Source of the DNA: a virus
IMG/VR virus record: IMGVR_UViG_3300033978_000477
Location: 21,452 to 85,451 of that record
Direction: 5' to 3' (one strand)
DNA: 64,000 nucleotides
Shown: positions 25,645-34,631 of the stretch, one piece after another
Layout: each line of letters opens with the position of its first letter
How positions within the stretch are numbered: position 1 is the first letter of the stretch
Position numbers and translations under genes: made by a program
The notes under the pieces: generated by a model
Databases searched by the model: none
What the model was told of the DNA's origin: nothing
Seen by the model: the letters and a program-made list of their open reading frames with translations, nothing else

Positions 25645-26772
25645 TCAGATCCTCATCGGCATGACGACGCACAAGAAGTCATCGCCAGACTCCGCCTCGG
25701 GCGCCACCATCAGCGGGTCGAGTTCCCCGTTCAGTTTGAGGACCACCTCCTCGCAGGACAGAACGTTGCAGGCGTCGACGATGTATTTGGCGTTGAATCC
25801 AACGCTGATGTTCGGTCCGGTGTAGCCGATGATCAGTTCGTCCGCCCCATCACCATGCTCCGGGCTCTCCGCCTCGATGCGGAGCGTCCCCTTGGAGAAG
25901 CGGAACTTGACGCCTCCAGTGCGCTCGTTCGATGCAACGGAGATCGCCTTGCAAGCCTCAATGAGCGCGAGCCGGTCGACTTCCGCGATGCTGTCGTTCC
26001 CCTTCGGGATGACCTGCGAGTATGGCGGGAACTTCGCGTCCACCAACTTGATGCTGTAGACCATCCCGGCGAAGTCGAAGAACGCGTTGTTGTCTGCGAT
26101 GGTGACGCGGATGACCGATCCAGCATCCGCTGCGCTGGCCTCGTCACACATGCGACGGATGTCAGTTGCTCCCTTCAGCGGAAGAAGGAACTCAAAAGCG
26201 GTTCCTTCGGAGACGGGGAGGTTCGACAACGTCAGACGATGCCCGTCGGTGGAGACCGTTCGCAGGTTGGTGCCATCAGCCTCGAACTTGATCGCGTTCA
26301 GGTGGGCCCGCGACTCGTCCACGCCAACGCTGGAGATGACTCGACCGATGGCGCGCGACAACGTCACGGCATGGAACTCGCGCGACGCCGTTGTGTTTGC
26401 GCCGGCAGCCTTTGCGACGGGCGGGAAGTCTTCGGCATGGTGGCATGGGAGCCGAAACTTTCGCGCCCCCTTCTCCGCCTTCATCTGGACGGCCTTGTCA
26501 TCACCGATGATGGTGAGGTTGCCCGAAGGCATCGCCTTGACGCGAGCTTCCAGATCCTTCGCGCCGATGGCGATGGCCCCGGACTTCGAGACCTTGGCGT
26601 CCACGGACCCGGTGACGGATCGGTAGAGGTCGGTCGCGGTGAAGTGGACCTGTCCATCTTCGCAACGTAGGAGGATGTTCGCGAGCATCGGCATGGTGCT
26701 CTTGTGGTCTGCGACAGGCGTTGCCCGTCGAAGGATCTTGTCGAGGTCGTTGCGTTGAATCGTCACTTCCAT
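25645..26772 (-). CDS. dnaN: DNA polymerase III beta sliding clamp
   Basis: TMPMLANILL, TATDL, EDFP, VSTDGHRL, FPPYSQVIP, GFNAKYI, VVMPMRI. Confidence 0.95.
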   Translation of the reverse strand: MEVTIQRNDLDKILRRATPVADHKSTMPMLANILLRCEDGQVHFTATDLYRSVTGSVDAKVSKSGAIAIGAKDLEARVKAMPSGNLTIIGDDKAVQMKAEKGARKFRLPCHHAEDFPPVAKAAGANTTASREFHAVTLSRAIGRVISSVGVDESRAHLNAIKFEADGTNLRTVSTDGHRLTLSNLPVSEGTAFEFLLPLKGATDIRRMCDEASAADAGSVIRVTIADNNAFFDFAGMVYSIKLVDAKFPPYSQVIPKGNDSIAEVDRLALIEACKAISVASNERTGGVKFRFSKGTLRIEAESPEHGDGADELIIGYTGPNISVGFNAKYIVDACNVLSCEEVVLKLNGELDPLMVAPEAESGDDFLCVVMPMRI

Positions 26773-26987
26773 TGTCTGTTCTCTCCGTTCGTTCGGGACC
26801 CGCCCGACTCGGTTGATGCAATTCGTTTCTCGATGGCCCGCTGAACAGCCACCACCTTCCACTGAGGGCAGCCGTTGGTGTCCGCGTACTGCCTTGCCCT
26901 GGCAACCAGATCGTCGAAGCTCGCGCTCCCGAGCCAGGCCAGGAACTTGATGTCCGCATCGATCCGGTGATGCTCCCCGCGCCTCAT
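26763..26987 (-). CDS. Hypothetical protein
   Basis: Coupled ORF. Confidence 0.45.
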   Translation of the reverse strand: MRRGEHHRIDADIKFLAWLGSASFDDLVARARQYADTNGCPQWKVVAVQRAIEKRIASTESGGSRTNGENRQWK

Positions 26988-27193
26988 TGCCCGGACACCT
27001 CCCGCCAACCGGCATCGGTCAGCCGGTAGTAGGTCTTTGGCCCATCGGCGAACTGCACCGTCGCAGTCGCGCACAACCCCCTCAGGACGAGCGCGTCAAC
27101 CGCATCGGCCTGGGATGGGGTCTCGGGCATGAAGAGCATGTGGCGGGCCATCTGGCGCAAGCAAGCGGCCTCTGCGTCGATAGCCATCAGCAC
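26984..27193 (-). CDS. Hypothetical protein (winged-helix-like)
   Basis: ALVLRGL..KTYYRLTDAG; RBS GAGGAGG overlapping integrase stop. Confidence 0.5.
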   Translation of the reverse strand: MLMAIDAEAACLRQMARHMLFMPETPSQADAVDALVLRGLCATATVQFADGPKTYYRLTDAGWREVSGQ

Positions 27194-28563
27194 GCCTCCT
27201 CTGCCGCGACATTGGCGCGATGCTCCGTCACCAATGCGTCGACCGCAGCGGCCAGGTCCAAGCCCTTGCGGGTCGCAAACGGGTCCCGCTCAGCAACAGC
27301 CGACAGGTAGGACCCGGATAGGGCCCAGAGCTTGTCCATCGGCGCGAGATCATTCATGACTGCCCCCGTTTGCAAAACCGTCATACGTGGGTTCGAATCC
27401 CATCCACGCCTCTCAATCAATTCAATGGCTTGGCCCGCATCCTCGCTCACTGGCTCGGGCCCTATTCGGACCCTATGTTGCGGGATGGCATTGCTCGGAA
27501 GGTCGACACTGGGCCCCATCGAGAGACCGATGGATCGCGCGTAGCGCTCCGTGACCTTGACCGAAGAGTGACCCAGGAGGTCCTTCACGGCCTCGTAGCT
27601 CCAAGGCTTGCCGTCCCAAGCTCCGGTCAACAGGAGCGTTGCGCATGTGTGGCGGAGATCATGCCAGCGGACGCGGCGAGTGATCCCGGCCTTGGCCTTC
27701 CAGGCTGCCCAGTCAGCGGCGGCGACGATGCGTCCCTTCGGGCGATGCAGTCCGGTGACGCTCGGCAGGACGATGCCTTTGCGCTCGGCCTCTGGCACCG
27801 CCAGGACGGCCTGTAGCGCGATGCCGAACAGGCGAACCTTCCGCACTCGCCCGCTCTTCGTCGAGACGCCTGGGGTGCCATAGCGGAGCACTACGTGGGG
27901 GACCTTGGCGTTGACGTGAACGTCGGACCAAAGAAGCGAACGCTCCTCGCCTTGGCGCATCCCGGTTCCGATGGCCAAGCAGACGGCCAGGTCGTTCCCG
28001 CTCGCAGCGATCAGCGCAAGCGTCTCCGCCATATCGAGGGCGGTGCTCTTCTCGTCCGTGCTGCCATGGTCTTTGACCTTGATGCCAAGCGCGACGTTGG
28101 TTGCGAGCTTGCCGGCCTCGACTCCGTAGGAGAGAACAGCGCGCAAGGTGTTGAGCGCGTTGCGCCGGGTCATCGTCGACAGCCCGCGCGCGGAGATGTC
28201 CGCCAGCCATTCCCGGATCTGTCCAGTCGTCAGATCGCGAGCCGGCATCCGCGATGCCTCCCACGGAAGGACGTAGGCGTTCCAGCAAGACTTGAAGCTC
28301 TTGATCGCCTTGTACCCATCGCGCTCGCGAAGGTCGATGCAGGACTCGCCAAGGCGCTTCAGGCTGATACCGCCTCGCGTGCACTCGCTCTCTGCTAGCA
28401 CCGCTAGGATGCCATCGAGAGCCATCTCCGCCTCTTCGTAGGTCGCAAACGGGGAGCCTTCGATCTCTTCCCTTCGTCCAATGGTGAACGGGAAGCGCGC
28501 GCGGTACCGTCCGTCTGCGATCTTGGTGATGGTGCCAGAGCCCTTAGGCCTTCGCTTCGTCAT
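27187..28563 (-). CDS. int: Tyrosine recombinase/integrase with attP inside its 3' region
   Basis: GTGMRQGE, HDLRHT, LLGHSSVKVTERY; C-terminal RRGWDSNPRMTVLQT is antisense tRNA. Confidence 0.92.
   Translation of the reverse strand: MTKRRPKGSGTITKIADGRYRARFPFTIGRREEIEGSPFATYEEAEMALDGILAVLAESECTRGGISLKRLGESCIDLRERDGYKAIKSFKSCWNAYVLPWEASRMPARDLTTGQIREWLADISARGLSTMTRRNALNTLRAVLSYGVEAGKLATNVALGIKVKDHGSTDEKSTALDMAETLALIAASGNDLAVCLAIGTGMRQGEERSLLWSDVHVNAKVPHVVLRYGTPGVSTKSGRVRKVRLFGIALQAVLAVPEAERKGIVLPSVTGLHRPKGRIVAAADWAAWKAKAGITRRVRWHDLRHTCATLLLTGAWDGKPWSYEAVKDLLGHSSVKVTERYARSIGLSMGPSVDLPSNAIPQHRVRIGPEPVSEDAGQAIELIERRGWDSNPRMTVLQTGAVMNDLAPMDKLWALSGSYLSAVAERDPFATRKGLDLAAAVDALVTEHRANVAAEEAC
27368..27411 (+). 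mobile_element. attP core: 3' portion of tRNA-Cys(GCA)
   Basis: GT-TTGCAAA-ACCGT..GTGGG-TTCGAAT-CCCAT-CCACGCC-T (U73 discriminator); the 5' half does not pair; IHF-like ATTCAATGGCTTG just downstream. Confidence 0.8.
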
Positions 28564-28787
28564 ACGCCGCCTCGCTTCTTTATCATCCGCCTTGCCCGTG
28601 ACGTGTACAGGTCATCGGTGACTGGAGACAAGGGCTGCGGGAACGGCCTCGCACGAAGTGCCCGAGGGCGACTCTTTGGAGCAAGCGGAGCCGGGTCATT
28701 GGCGGGCTCGGTTGCCTCCAGTTCTTCGGCGATGTCGGTGAGTACATCAGCCAGTGCGCGGTAGAGGTTGGCTAGCTTGGCGCTCAT
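28560..28787 (-). CDS. Small protein immediately upstream of int (possible recombination directionality factor)
   Basis: Position and ATGA coupling; basic C-terminus. Confidence 0.4.
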   Translation of the reverse strand: MSAKLANLYRALADVLTDIAEELEATEPANDPAPLAPKSRPRALRARPFPQPLSPVTDDLYTSRARRMIKKRGGV

Positions 28788-29017
28788 TGCGAAACCTTGG
28801 TGAGGGTCTTCGGGATGCGCCGCGCCGTCAGCTTTACCCCGATGCCGCGCAGTGCGTCCAGGAACCGCGATGCGACTTCGACGGAAACGCGCTGGCTACC
28901 ATGGCAGAGGTTGCAGTGACGGGCATTGTGCTTGGCAGCCTTGCGCCTCGCGACTTCGGTGCCGTGCATCGGGTTGCAGGATGGGCATCGGGTAGGGACC
29001 TGATCATCGTCGCTCAT
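28784..29017 (-). CDS. Zinc-finger protein
   Basis: CPSC..CNLCHGS; RBS GAGGAG. Confidence 0.55.
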   Translation of the reverse strand: MSDDDQVPTRCPSCNPMHGTEVARRKAAKHNARHCNLCHGSQRVSVEVASRFLDALRGIGVKLTARRIPKTLTKVSQ

Positions 29018-29040
29018 CTCGTGTACTCCTCATCAAAAGC

Positions 29041-29180
29041 GCCCGTCTCTCCGGGCTGTCACGCTGCAATGCTGCGTTGGCACTGGTCTCGCGACCATGT
29101 GGACGCTGGCGGAATCGAACCACCAACACGCGCGCATGCCACATGGGCGCCCCGTTGATGCCGGTCTCTCCCGGCTGTCA
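29041..29180 (-). ncRNA. Structured RNA element: two covarying 21-nt hairpin repeats flanking a T-loop/tRNA-like module
   Basis: TGACAGCCGGGAGAGACCGGC and TGACAGCCCGGAGAGACGGGC; internal GGTGG-TTCGATT-CCGCC and TGGTC-GCGA-GACCA. Confidence 0.6.
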
Positions 29181-29190
29181 GTTCAACGAT

Positions 29191-29412
29191 TCACCCTTCC
29201 CAGTGAGCGGACTGTGCTGCGCGCTCCACCGCCACACTCTCTGCTTGGCGCAGCGCTATCGACAACACGTCGGCGACCCTGTCGGCATCCCGCTGCGTCA
29301 TGTCTCGCGATGCAAGTCGCCACTCCTTTCCGGTCCAGACTTCCACTAGGCGTCGATGCTTGAAGCTGTTGATGCCGTTCACTACGCGCACCATTGGGTG
29401 ACGATCGCTCAT
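29191..29412 (-). CDS. Hypothetical protein
   Basis: Coupled ORF. Confidence 0.5.
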   Translation of the reverse strand: MSDRHPMVRVVNGINSFKHRRLVEVWTGKEWRLASRDMTQRDADRVADVLSIALRQAESVAVERAAQSAHWEG

Positions 29413-29828
29413 AGTGGCCCACCCGAGAGCTTTCGAAGTTGGGCCATCACACGGTCCTCCCCATCCTTCAGCCCGCGCCGATACGCCGCCGCATTCTCAC
29501 TGGCGAACATGGTGGAGATTGTCGCGGCCCTCATTGACCCAACAGCAGCGATCAGTTCATTCTCACAAGTGCGCTCGAAGATGCCTACCGCGCGGCCCAT
29601 GTCTTCGACAATCTGACCCATCACCGCCCTTGCCAAACACACGAAGTGCACGTCATTGGCGGTCATGCTCTCGGCAATCAGCGGCGCTCCGTAGAACTCC
29701 TCGGAGCCGTTCGTATTGGCCAATGGGGCGACGATGTGATTGATGCTGCTGCCATCGCCGGATGCGATCCATGGGCCCTTGGTCGCTCGCTGCACAACCT
29801 GATCAAGCTCGTAGTGCCGAAACCTCAT
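29409..29828 (-). CDS. Hypothetical phage protein (Ead/Ea22-like N-terminus)
   Basis: RATKGPW..NDVHFVCLAR pattern. Confidence 0.5.
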   Translation of the reverse strand: MRFRHYELDQVVQRATKGPWIASGDGSSINHIVAPLANTNGSEEFYGAPLIAESMTANDVHFVCLARAVMGQIVEDMGRAVGIFERTCENELIAAVGSMRAATISTMFASENAAAYRRGLKDGEDRVMAQLRKLSGGPL

Positions 29829-31324
29829 AGCGGTGCATCATCGTCTTCCTCGACAGCCTCAATCGCCTCGAACACAACCTCTCCCGCATCAACCCGGGTC
29901 CCGATGAGTTGGTAGTCGTCCCGCGTTGCGTCGGCGACGAACCGCCGCATCTGCTCTTCATCCAGACGCTCCAACCCGTCGACCACCAGGATCTTGCTCT
30001 TGGCGTTCAGCCTCCGCGCGATCTCAACAGCGAAGCCAAGTTGCTCCTGGCCGCAGCGTTCGACGATGTCCACCCCGTCCAGAAGGACCTTGTCCCCGTC
30101 CACCGACAACCCACTGATGCCGTCAGCGTTGGCAAGCAGCTCGTTCGGGATGTCTTTGCGCAACCGGTCGAGGATGGCGGTCAGTGCCTCAGAATCGGCC
30201 TGTAGCCGCGTCGCGAGCTTGGACGCCTCTTCATGCCTTGCCCGTTGCTCGCGGGCCTTGTCGGCTGCCCTGGCGCGTTCTACGAGGGCCTTGGCCTCAT
30301 CCCTAGCAGCCTTGGCCTTGGCCAACTTTGCTGGGTCCATCGGGGTGCCGTGCGCAGAAGCAAGACCTGACTCCAGGGTGTTCGCCATCGCGGTCAGTTC
30401 CTTGGCCTTGGCAAGCTTCGCCATGTCCGCCTGAACTTCGGCAAGCCTCGCCCTAGCGGCAACCACCTTGCGCTCCAGTTGTTCGAGTTCGTTGACCGCA
30501 GCGTTCTCATGAGAGCCGTTTGCGAGTGCTTCCAGGTCATCCCAGACATGCAGTGCGGCATGAAGCGCCCCGGACTCTGTCCGCATCCCATCGATGCGCT
30601 TTCGCATCTCCTCCGCCTTGGCCCCGGACTCCTCGAAGCGCTTGGCCTCCGACTCCAGTTGACCGAGAGCCTTCTCCGCCTCGCTCAGCTTGGCATCTGC
30701 CTCGCCAACTGCGGGAGCCTCAAGCGCTGCATATGGTACGTACAACTCCGTCGCCCTGGCTTCGGCAGCCTTGGCCTGCGCGTTGATGTCCTTCCGCGCG
30801 TTGTAGACCAGTGTCGCCAGTTGCTCGGCAACCTCCAGCCCATGGGCATCGTAGTTGATGGCCTCAGCGGCGGGGCGAATGGCCGGCGGGATGATCTCAA
30901 GTGCTGCGGCTCGGCTCAGCTTCGCTGGCATTGCCCGAAGGATGATCGCCTTGCGACGCTTGGCGTCTGCCTCGTAAAGCTCGATGGGGTCCAGCGGGCT
31001 CGTCCCGAGCAACTCCATCAGCAGCGACTGCGGGGCGCTCAGCTTGTGGCCGTCTTGCTCTACCGTCAGCGTCGAAGTCTTCGCGGTGATGAGCCGACGA
31101 ACAGACTTGTCCCCAAGGTCCACCAGGATCTCCGCCTTCGATGCGCCCAGGCGGATGGCGTCTGCGCCGATGTCCCTGCCTGCTAATGCGGCGCGGATGG
31201 CCTTCAGGACGCTGGTCTTGCCGGCGCCGTTGCTGCCCTTTACGACAGCACCAGCCTCGCCAATGGTCTGGTCGAGAGCTTCAATGCCGCGGTAGTTCGT
31301 TACGCGTAGTCGTGTGATCTTCAT
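29825..31324 (-). CDS. SMC/SbcC-like AAA ATPase
   Basis: MKITRLRVTNYRGI, GSNGAGKTS Walker A, coiled coil, LVVDGLERLD. Confidence 0.85.
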   Translation of the reverse strand: MKITRLRVTNYRGIEALDQTIGEAGAVVKGSNGAGKTSVLKAIRAALAGRDIGADAIRLGASKAEILVDLGDKSVRRLITAKTSTLTVEQDGHKLSAPQSLLMELLGTSPLDPIELYEADAKRRKAIILRAMPAKLSRAAALEIIPPAIRPAAEAINYDAHGLEVAEQLATLVYNARKDINAQAKAAEARATELYVPYAALEAPAVGEADAKLSEAEKALGQLESEAKRFEESGAKAEEMRKRIDGMRTESGALHAALHVWDDLEALANGSHENAAVNELEQLERKVVAARARLAEVQADMAKLAKAKELTAMANTLESGLASAHGTPMDPAKLAKAKAARDEAKALVERARAADKAREQRARHEEASKLATRLQADSEALTAILDRLRKDIPNELLANADGISGLSVDGDKVLLDGVDIVERCGQEQLGFAVEIARRLNAKSKILVVDGLERLDEEQMRRFVADATRDDYQLIGTRVDAGEVVFEAIEAVEEDDDAPL

Positions 31325-31986
31325 GGCATCTCCTGCACCGGGAAGGCGAGCATTGCCGCTTCCTCAACGACCATCTTCTTCCACCATTGACTGCGGTCTG
31401 GGTCCCACCGGAACCCGGCCGCCTTGAGTTCGTCATTGCGGCTGCGCGGGACGTTCGCGACGAAGCGAGCCTTTGGCCGCATCGCCTTGGTGAGCATCGC
31501 GTCAACGTCATGGCCCTTCTCGGCCACCCGTTGGAACATCCGCGCAAGGGTCAGGACGTCATCGAAGGCGCGGTGCGCGAAGGCCACCGGAACGTCATGC
31601 GCGAGCGCCAAGGCCACCAGGGACTTGCTGCTCTTGCCGGCGTTCGGCCACTCGATGTCGTTGCAGGAGCAGACCCAGGGGACGTCCGCAAAGAGGCTGC
31701 TGCTGAACCAAGGCCGGTCGAAGTCGACATGGTGGCAGACAACCGCGTCGACGAAGTTGGCCTTCATGTCGCGCTCGATGAAGTGCAACGCTCGGCCGTG
31801 CTGGAGAAGCTCCGCGGGGATGCCGTTGACTTTCTCCGCCTCATTGCCCATCGCGTCCACAAGCTCCGAGTGAACGCTGATGATCGCGTTGTAGGTGGTG
31901 TCGAACAGCGCATAGGCCACCTCCACCACATGGTCCTTTTCGTGGTCGAGACCGGTCGTCTCAGTGTCACCAATGAGCAGCCTCAT
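31321..31986 (-). CDS. DEDDh 3'-5' exonuclease (DnaQ-like)
   Basis: DTETTGL, HHVDFD, HRAFDD. Confidence 0.9.
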   Translation of the reverse strand: MRLLIGDTETTGLDHEKDHVVEVAYALFDTTYNAIISVHSELVDAMGNEAEKVNGIPAELLQHGRALHFIERDMKANFVDAVVCHHVDFDRPWFSSSLFADVPWVCSCNDIEWPNAGKSSKSLVALALAHDVPVAFAHRAFDDVLTLARMFQRVAEKGHDVDAMLTKAMRPKARFVANVPRSRNDELKAAGFRWDPDRSQWWKKMVVEEAAMLAFPVQEMP

Positions 31987-32576
31987 GGCCGCCTCCAGGT
32001 GATGCGCGCAGCGTCGACGATGAACGGGATGTCGTCATCGCCAGATACGAAGTCGGCAGACGCGAACGGGTCCCCGCCGTCATCATCGCCGAACGATCCG
32101 CCGTTCTGCGCAAAGGCATCAGGCTCCTTGGACTCTGCACCCATAGGCGCCAGCGCCTTTGGCTTCCAGCCTTCACGAATGCGCTTGGCCCATCCACGGG
32201 CGAGGCGAGCTGTCTTCCGACCAAACCGAGACATGGGGTACGGCGCCTTGCCGCCCTTGGGCTGGTACATCTTCCCGGACTCGTCGTCCTTCGACGCCAT
32301 CCAGTCTTGCAGACTGGCAAACTCCTCAAGGAAGTCGGCCGGGCACTGCGAGAGCTTGTACCCCTTGTAATCGTGGCCGCCGTTCTCCAGCCACTTCTTC
32401 GGGCTCTTGCGAACTTGCTCGTCCCCGTATTGGGAGTCCAGCTCGCGGTCGGTAGCAACCTCGCCACCTGCTCCGCCGACACCAGCGCTTCCGCCAACGA
32501 ACACCGCCTTGAGTGCTGCAATGGTGGTCTCCAGTGCCTGCACCCTGGACTCCAAAGCCTTGATGGGATCAGTCAT
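31983..32576 (-). CDS. Hypothetical protein with acidic SSB-like tail
   Basis: C-terminal DDDGGDPF..DDDIPF. Confidence 0.5.
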   Translation of the reverse strand: MTDPIKALESRVQALETTIAALKAVFVGGSAGVGGAGGEVATDRELDSQYGDEQVRKSPKKWLENGGHDYKGYKLSQCPADFLEEFASLQDWMASKDDESGKMYQPKGGKAPYPMSRFGRKTARLARGWAKRIREGWKPKALAPMGAESKEPDAFAQNGGSFGDDDGGDPFASADFVSGDDDIPFIVDAARITWRRP

Positions 32577-33730
32577 GCCGCGCTCCGCTTCTTCTCTCGT
32601 GTCTTCTTCGGTGCCCCGGTCTTACTCCCCACCGGCCGAATCTGGTGGCCCTCGCTCTCGATGTAGCAAGACGCGATCTGATCGTTGTTCGCCCCAAGGT
32701 CGAGGATGAGCCCGATGGCCCGGTCCTGGTTGAAGCTCTTCCTGGACATCGGAATCTTCTTCAGTGTGCGACCGTCGGGGAGGGGGATGTCTTGCCGTTC
32801 AGCCATCGCCTTGATGCCCTTGGCAACGGCATCCGCAAGGCGTTCGATCTGCTTCAGCTTCAGGTATGCGGCGCCCAGTTCATCGGGTGTCATCGCAGTG
32901 AATCGAGACGCCACCACCGCTTCCAAGTCTTCCTTCTTGGCCTCTGTCATCGCGACGGCTTCCGGCCCTGCGAACGCCTCCACCATCGGGAGCATGTGCC
33001 GCGCGATGCCGACGTATGCCGGGCATGCGTTCATTGCTGGGCAGTATTTGCAGTGGTCGCCAGCCCTCACCGGGACAGGCTCTCCCGCCGCCATCTTCAG
33101 CCGCGTCCGCTTGACGTTGCTGACAAGGCCCACCAGTTCATCGCCGAAGCTGTCGAGGTCGAAGGTGTCGAGGAACGCAACGTCCAGCGTTACCGACCCG
33201 TCCTCTGCGACATAGGCGATCCGGGCCTCGACCATCTCCGCGCCATGTCGAAGTTGGGCGATGCGAGCGAAGTAACGGATCTGCGCGTTCTCTGCCGCAG
33301 GCGTCACGTCTTGCCCGCTCTTGACGTCAATGACTACCGGATGGCCCAGCGTAGACATGCCCTCAATGTCGACCGTTCCGCCGATCTGCGTCGGGCTCAG
33401 CTTCGGGTAGTTGCGCCCGATGTTGATGCCAAGTTCCGTCACTTCGTCCGTCGCCGTGTCGAGTGCGTAGGCCACCTCGCCGCGGACATCGGTCAGCCCG
33501 CCCGTCAGCTTCGCCCAGTCCAACGCCTGGCATGTGGCCCGCCACTGGATGGGGATGCGGACGGATGCATCATGAGGGGACATGCCGGCCACCACGTCTC
33601 GGATGAACTTGGCGATGGCCGTTCCTCGCTCTGCGGGCTCGCCAGGGGCATCGTACGTCGCCGGGAGCACATGACTAGCCGTGCACGCCAGAACGCGTTC
33701 CAGGGCCGACGCAGTGGGGTTGTCGCTCAC
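32573..33730 (-). CDS. PD-(D/E)XK exonuclease (DUF2800/Cas4-like recombination nuclease)
   Basis: GTVD..IDVKSG..QIRYF; GDHCKYCP..C. Confidence 0.75.
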   Translation of the reverse strand: MSDNPTASALERVLACTASHVLPATYDAPGEPAERGTAIAKFIRDVVAGMSPHDASVRIPIQWRATCQALDWAKLTGGLTDVRGEVAYALDTATDEVTELGINIGRNYPKLSPTQIGGTVDIEGMSTLGHPVVIDVKSGQDVTPAAENAQIRYFARIAQLRHGAEMVEARIAYVAEDGSVTLDVAFLDTFDLDSFGDELVGLVSNVKRTRLKMAAGEPVPVRAGDHCKYCPAMNACPAYVGIARHMLPMVEAFAGPEAVAMTEAKKEDLEAVVASRFTAMTPDELGAAYLKLKQIERLADAVAKGIKAMAERQDIPLPDGRTLKKIPMSRKSFNQDRAIGLILDLGANNDQIASCYIESEGHQIRPVGSKTGAPKKTREKKRSAA

Positions 33731-34602
33731 TGCGCGGCCTCCTCGCTAGCCGCCGCCGGTTCAGACGCAGGAGCAGGCTTTGCCGCCGCTGCGAACTTCG
33801 AATTGTACGCGGCCTTCGCGTCCGTCGCCCATGGCTCCCCGGCTTCAGACACGAACTTCTGGACCATCGCCCGGACTTGCTTCCCCGCATCGGCCTTTGC
33901 GATCTTGATCTTCAGATCCTCAAGCTCGCTCGCGTAGTCGCGAATCGCGCCAGCGACCGGAGAGGGCTGCTTCGGTTCCTCGACAACCTCAGCATCCGGG
34001 ATCTTGTCCGACGGCGGAGCTTGAGGGATTGGACCTTGCTGCGGCCCTTGGACCTTCAAGGGCTTTGAGTTCTCCTCCTGCATGTCTTCGTACGACGGCA
34101 TCCCGTTGATCAGATCGGGAAACTCCGACTGCGCCGCGTAGCTTCGCGCTCGCGCTTGCAGCATCCGCTTCGGATACATCTCCCAGTTGCCGCCGGCCTT
34201 GATGAGGTTCGCCCTGCGAGCTTCGGCGATCGTGAACTCGTACTCACGACCCGGACGACCGATGCGCTTTGCGTAGTACACACACTTCTCTTCGGTGATC
34301 TCGCGCATCTCGAACGCGTCAACAACGCGTTGCCCCTCGGGAGCAGTCATGTTGCCGAGGATGCGGCTCTCCATGAACTGCGCCGCCAGCGTCGCCCGGC
34401 CCTTGATGAAGTAGATGTTTTGCATCGACTCAAAGGCGCTCATTCCCATCGAGCGGCCAGCTTGGATCTTGGCGAAGGCGACCTGCGCAGTGATCTCGTA
34501 GGCAACAGCCAAGTTCGTTGCGAACTTGATGGCCTCCTGAATGTCTGCCGGCTCCAAGAGGGCAAGACTGCTTGATTGAACTAGTGACGTAGTCGGTGAC
34601 AT
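33727..34602 (-). CDS. RecT-like single-strand annealing protein
   Basis: SMQNIYFIKGR..FTIAEARRANL..NWEMYPKRMLQARA..FPDLINGM; RBS AAGGAG. Confidence 0.7.
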   Translation of the reverse strand: MSPTTSLVQSSSLALLEPADIQEAIKFATNLAVAYEITAQVAFAKIQAGRSMGMSAFESMQNIYFIKGRATLAAQFMESRILGNMTAPEGQRVVDAFEMREITEEKCVYYAKRIGRPGREYEFTIAEARRANLIKAGGNWEMYPKRMLQARARSYAAQSEFPDLINGMPSYEDMQEENSKPLKVQGPQQGPIPQAPPSDKIPDAEVVEEPKQPSPVAGAIRDYASELEDLKIKIAKADAGKQVRAMVQKFVSEAGEPWATDAKAAYNSKFAAAAKPAPASEPAAASEEAAQ

Positions 34603-34631
34603 TGTTGTTCTCCTTGTTCCCACTCAACACT

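Noticed and set aside
19830-25650. Canonical CRISPR array or cas1/cas2 near the Csf genes
   Set aside because: No 25-40 nt repeats with regular 30-40 nt spacers seen here or elsewhere by eye, and gaps are filled by coupled ORFs; a very degenerate array, or one outside the window, cannot be excluded.
27341-27414. Full-length tRNA-Cys gene
   Set aside because: The 5' half has no D-arm, and the acceptor and anticodon stems mispair; only the 3' part is tRNA-like, as expected for attP.
32573-33730. Cas4 adaptation gene belonging to the type IV locus
   Set aside because: Adjacent to a RecT-like gene and about 8 kb from cas6; fits an ordinary phage recombination exonuclease.
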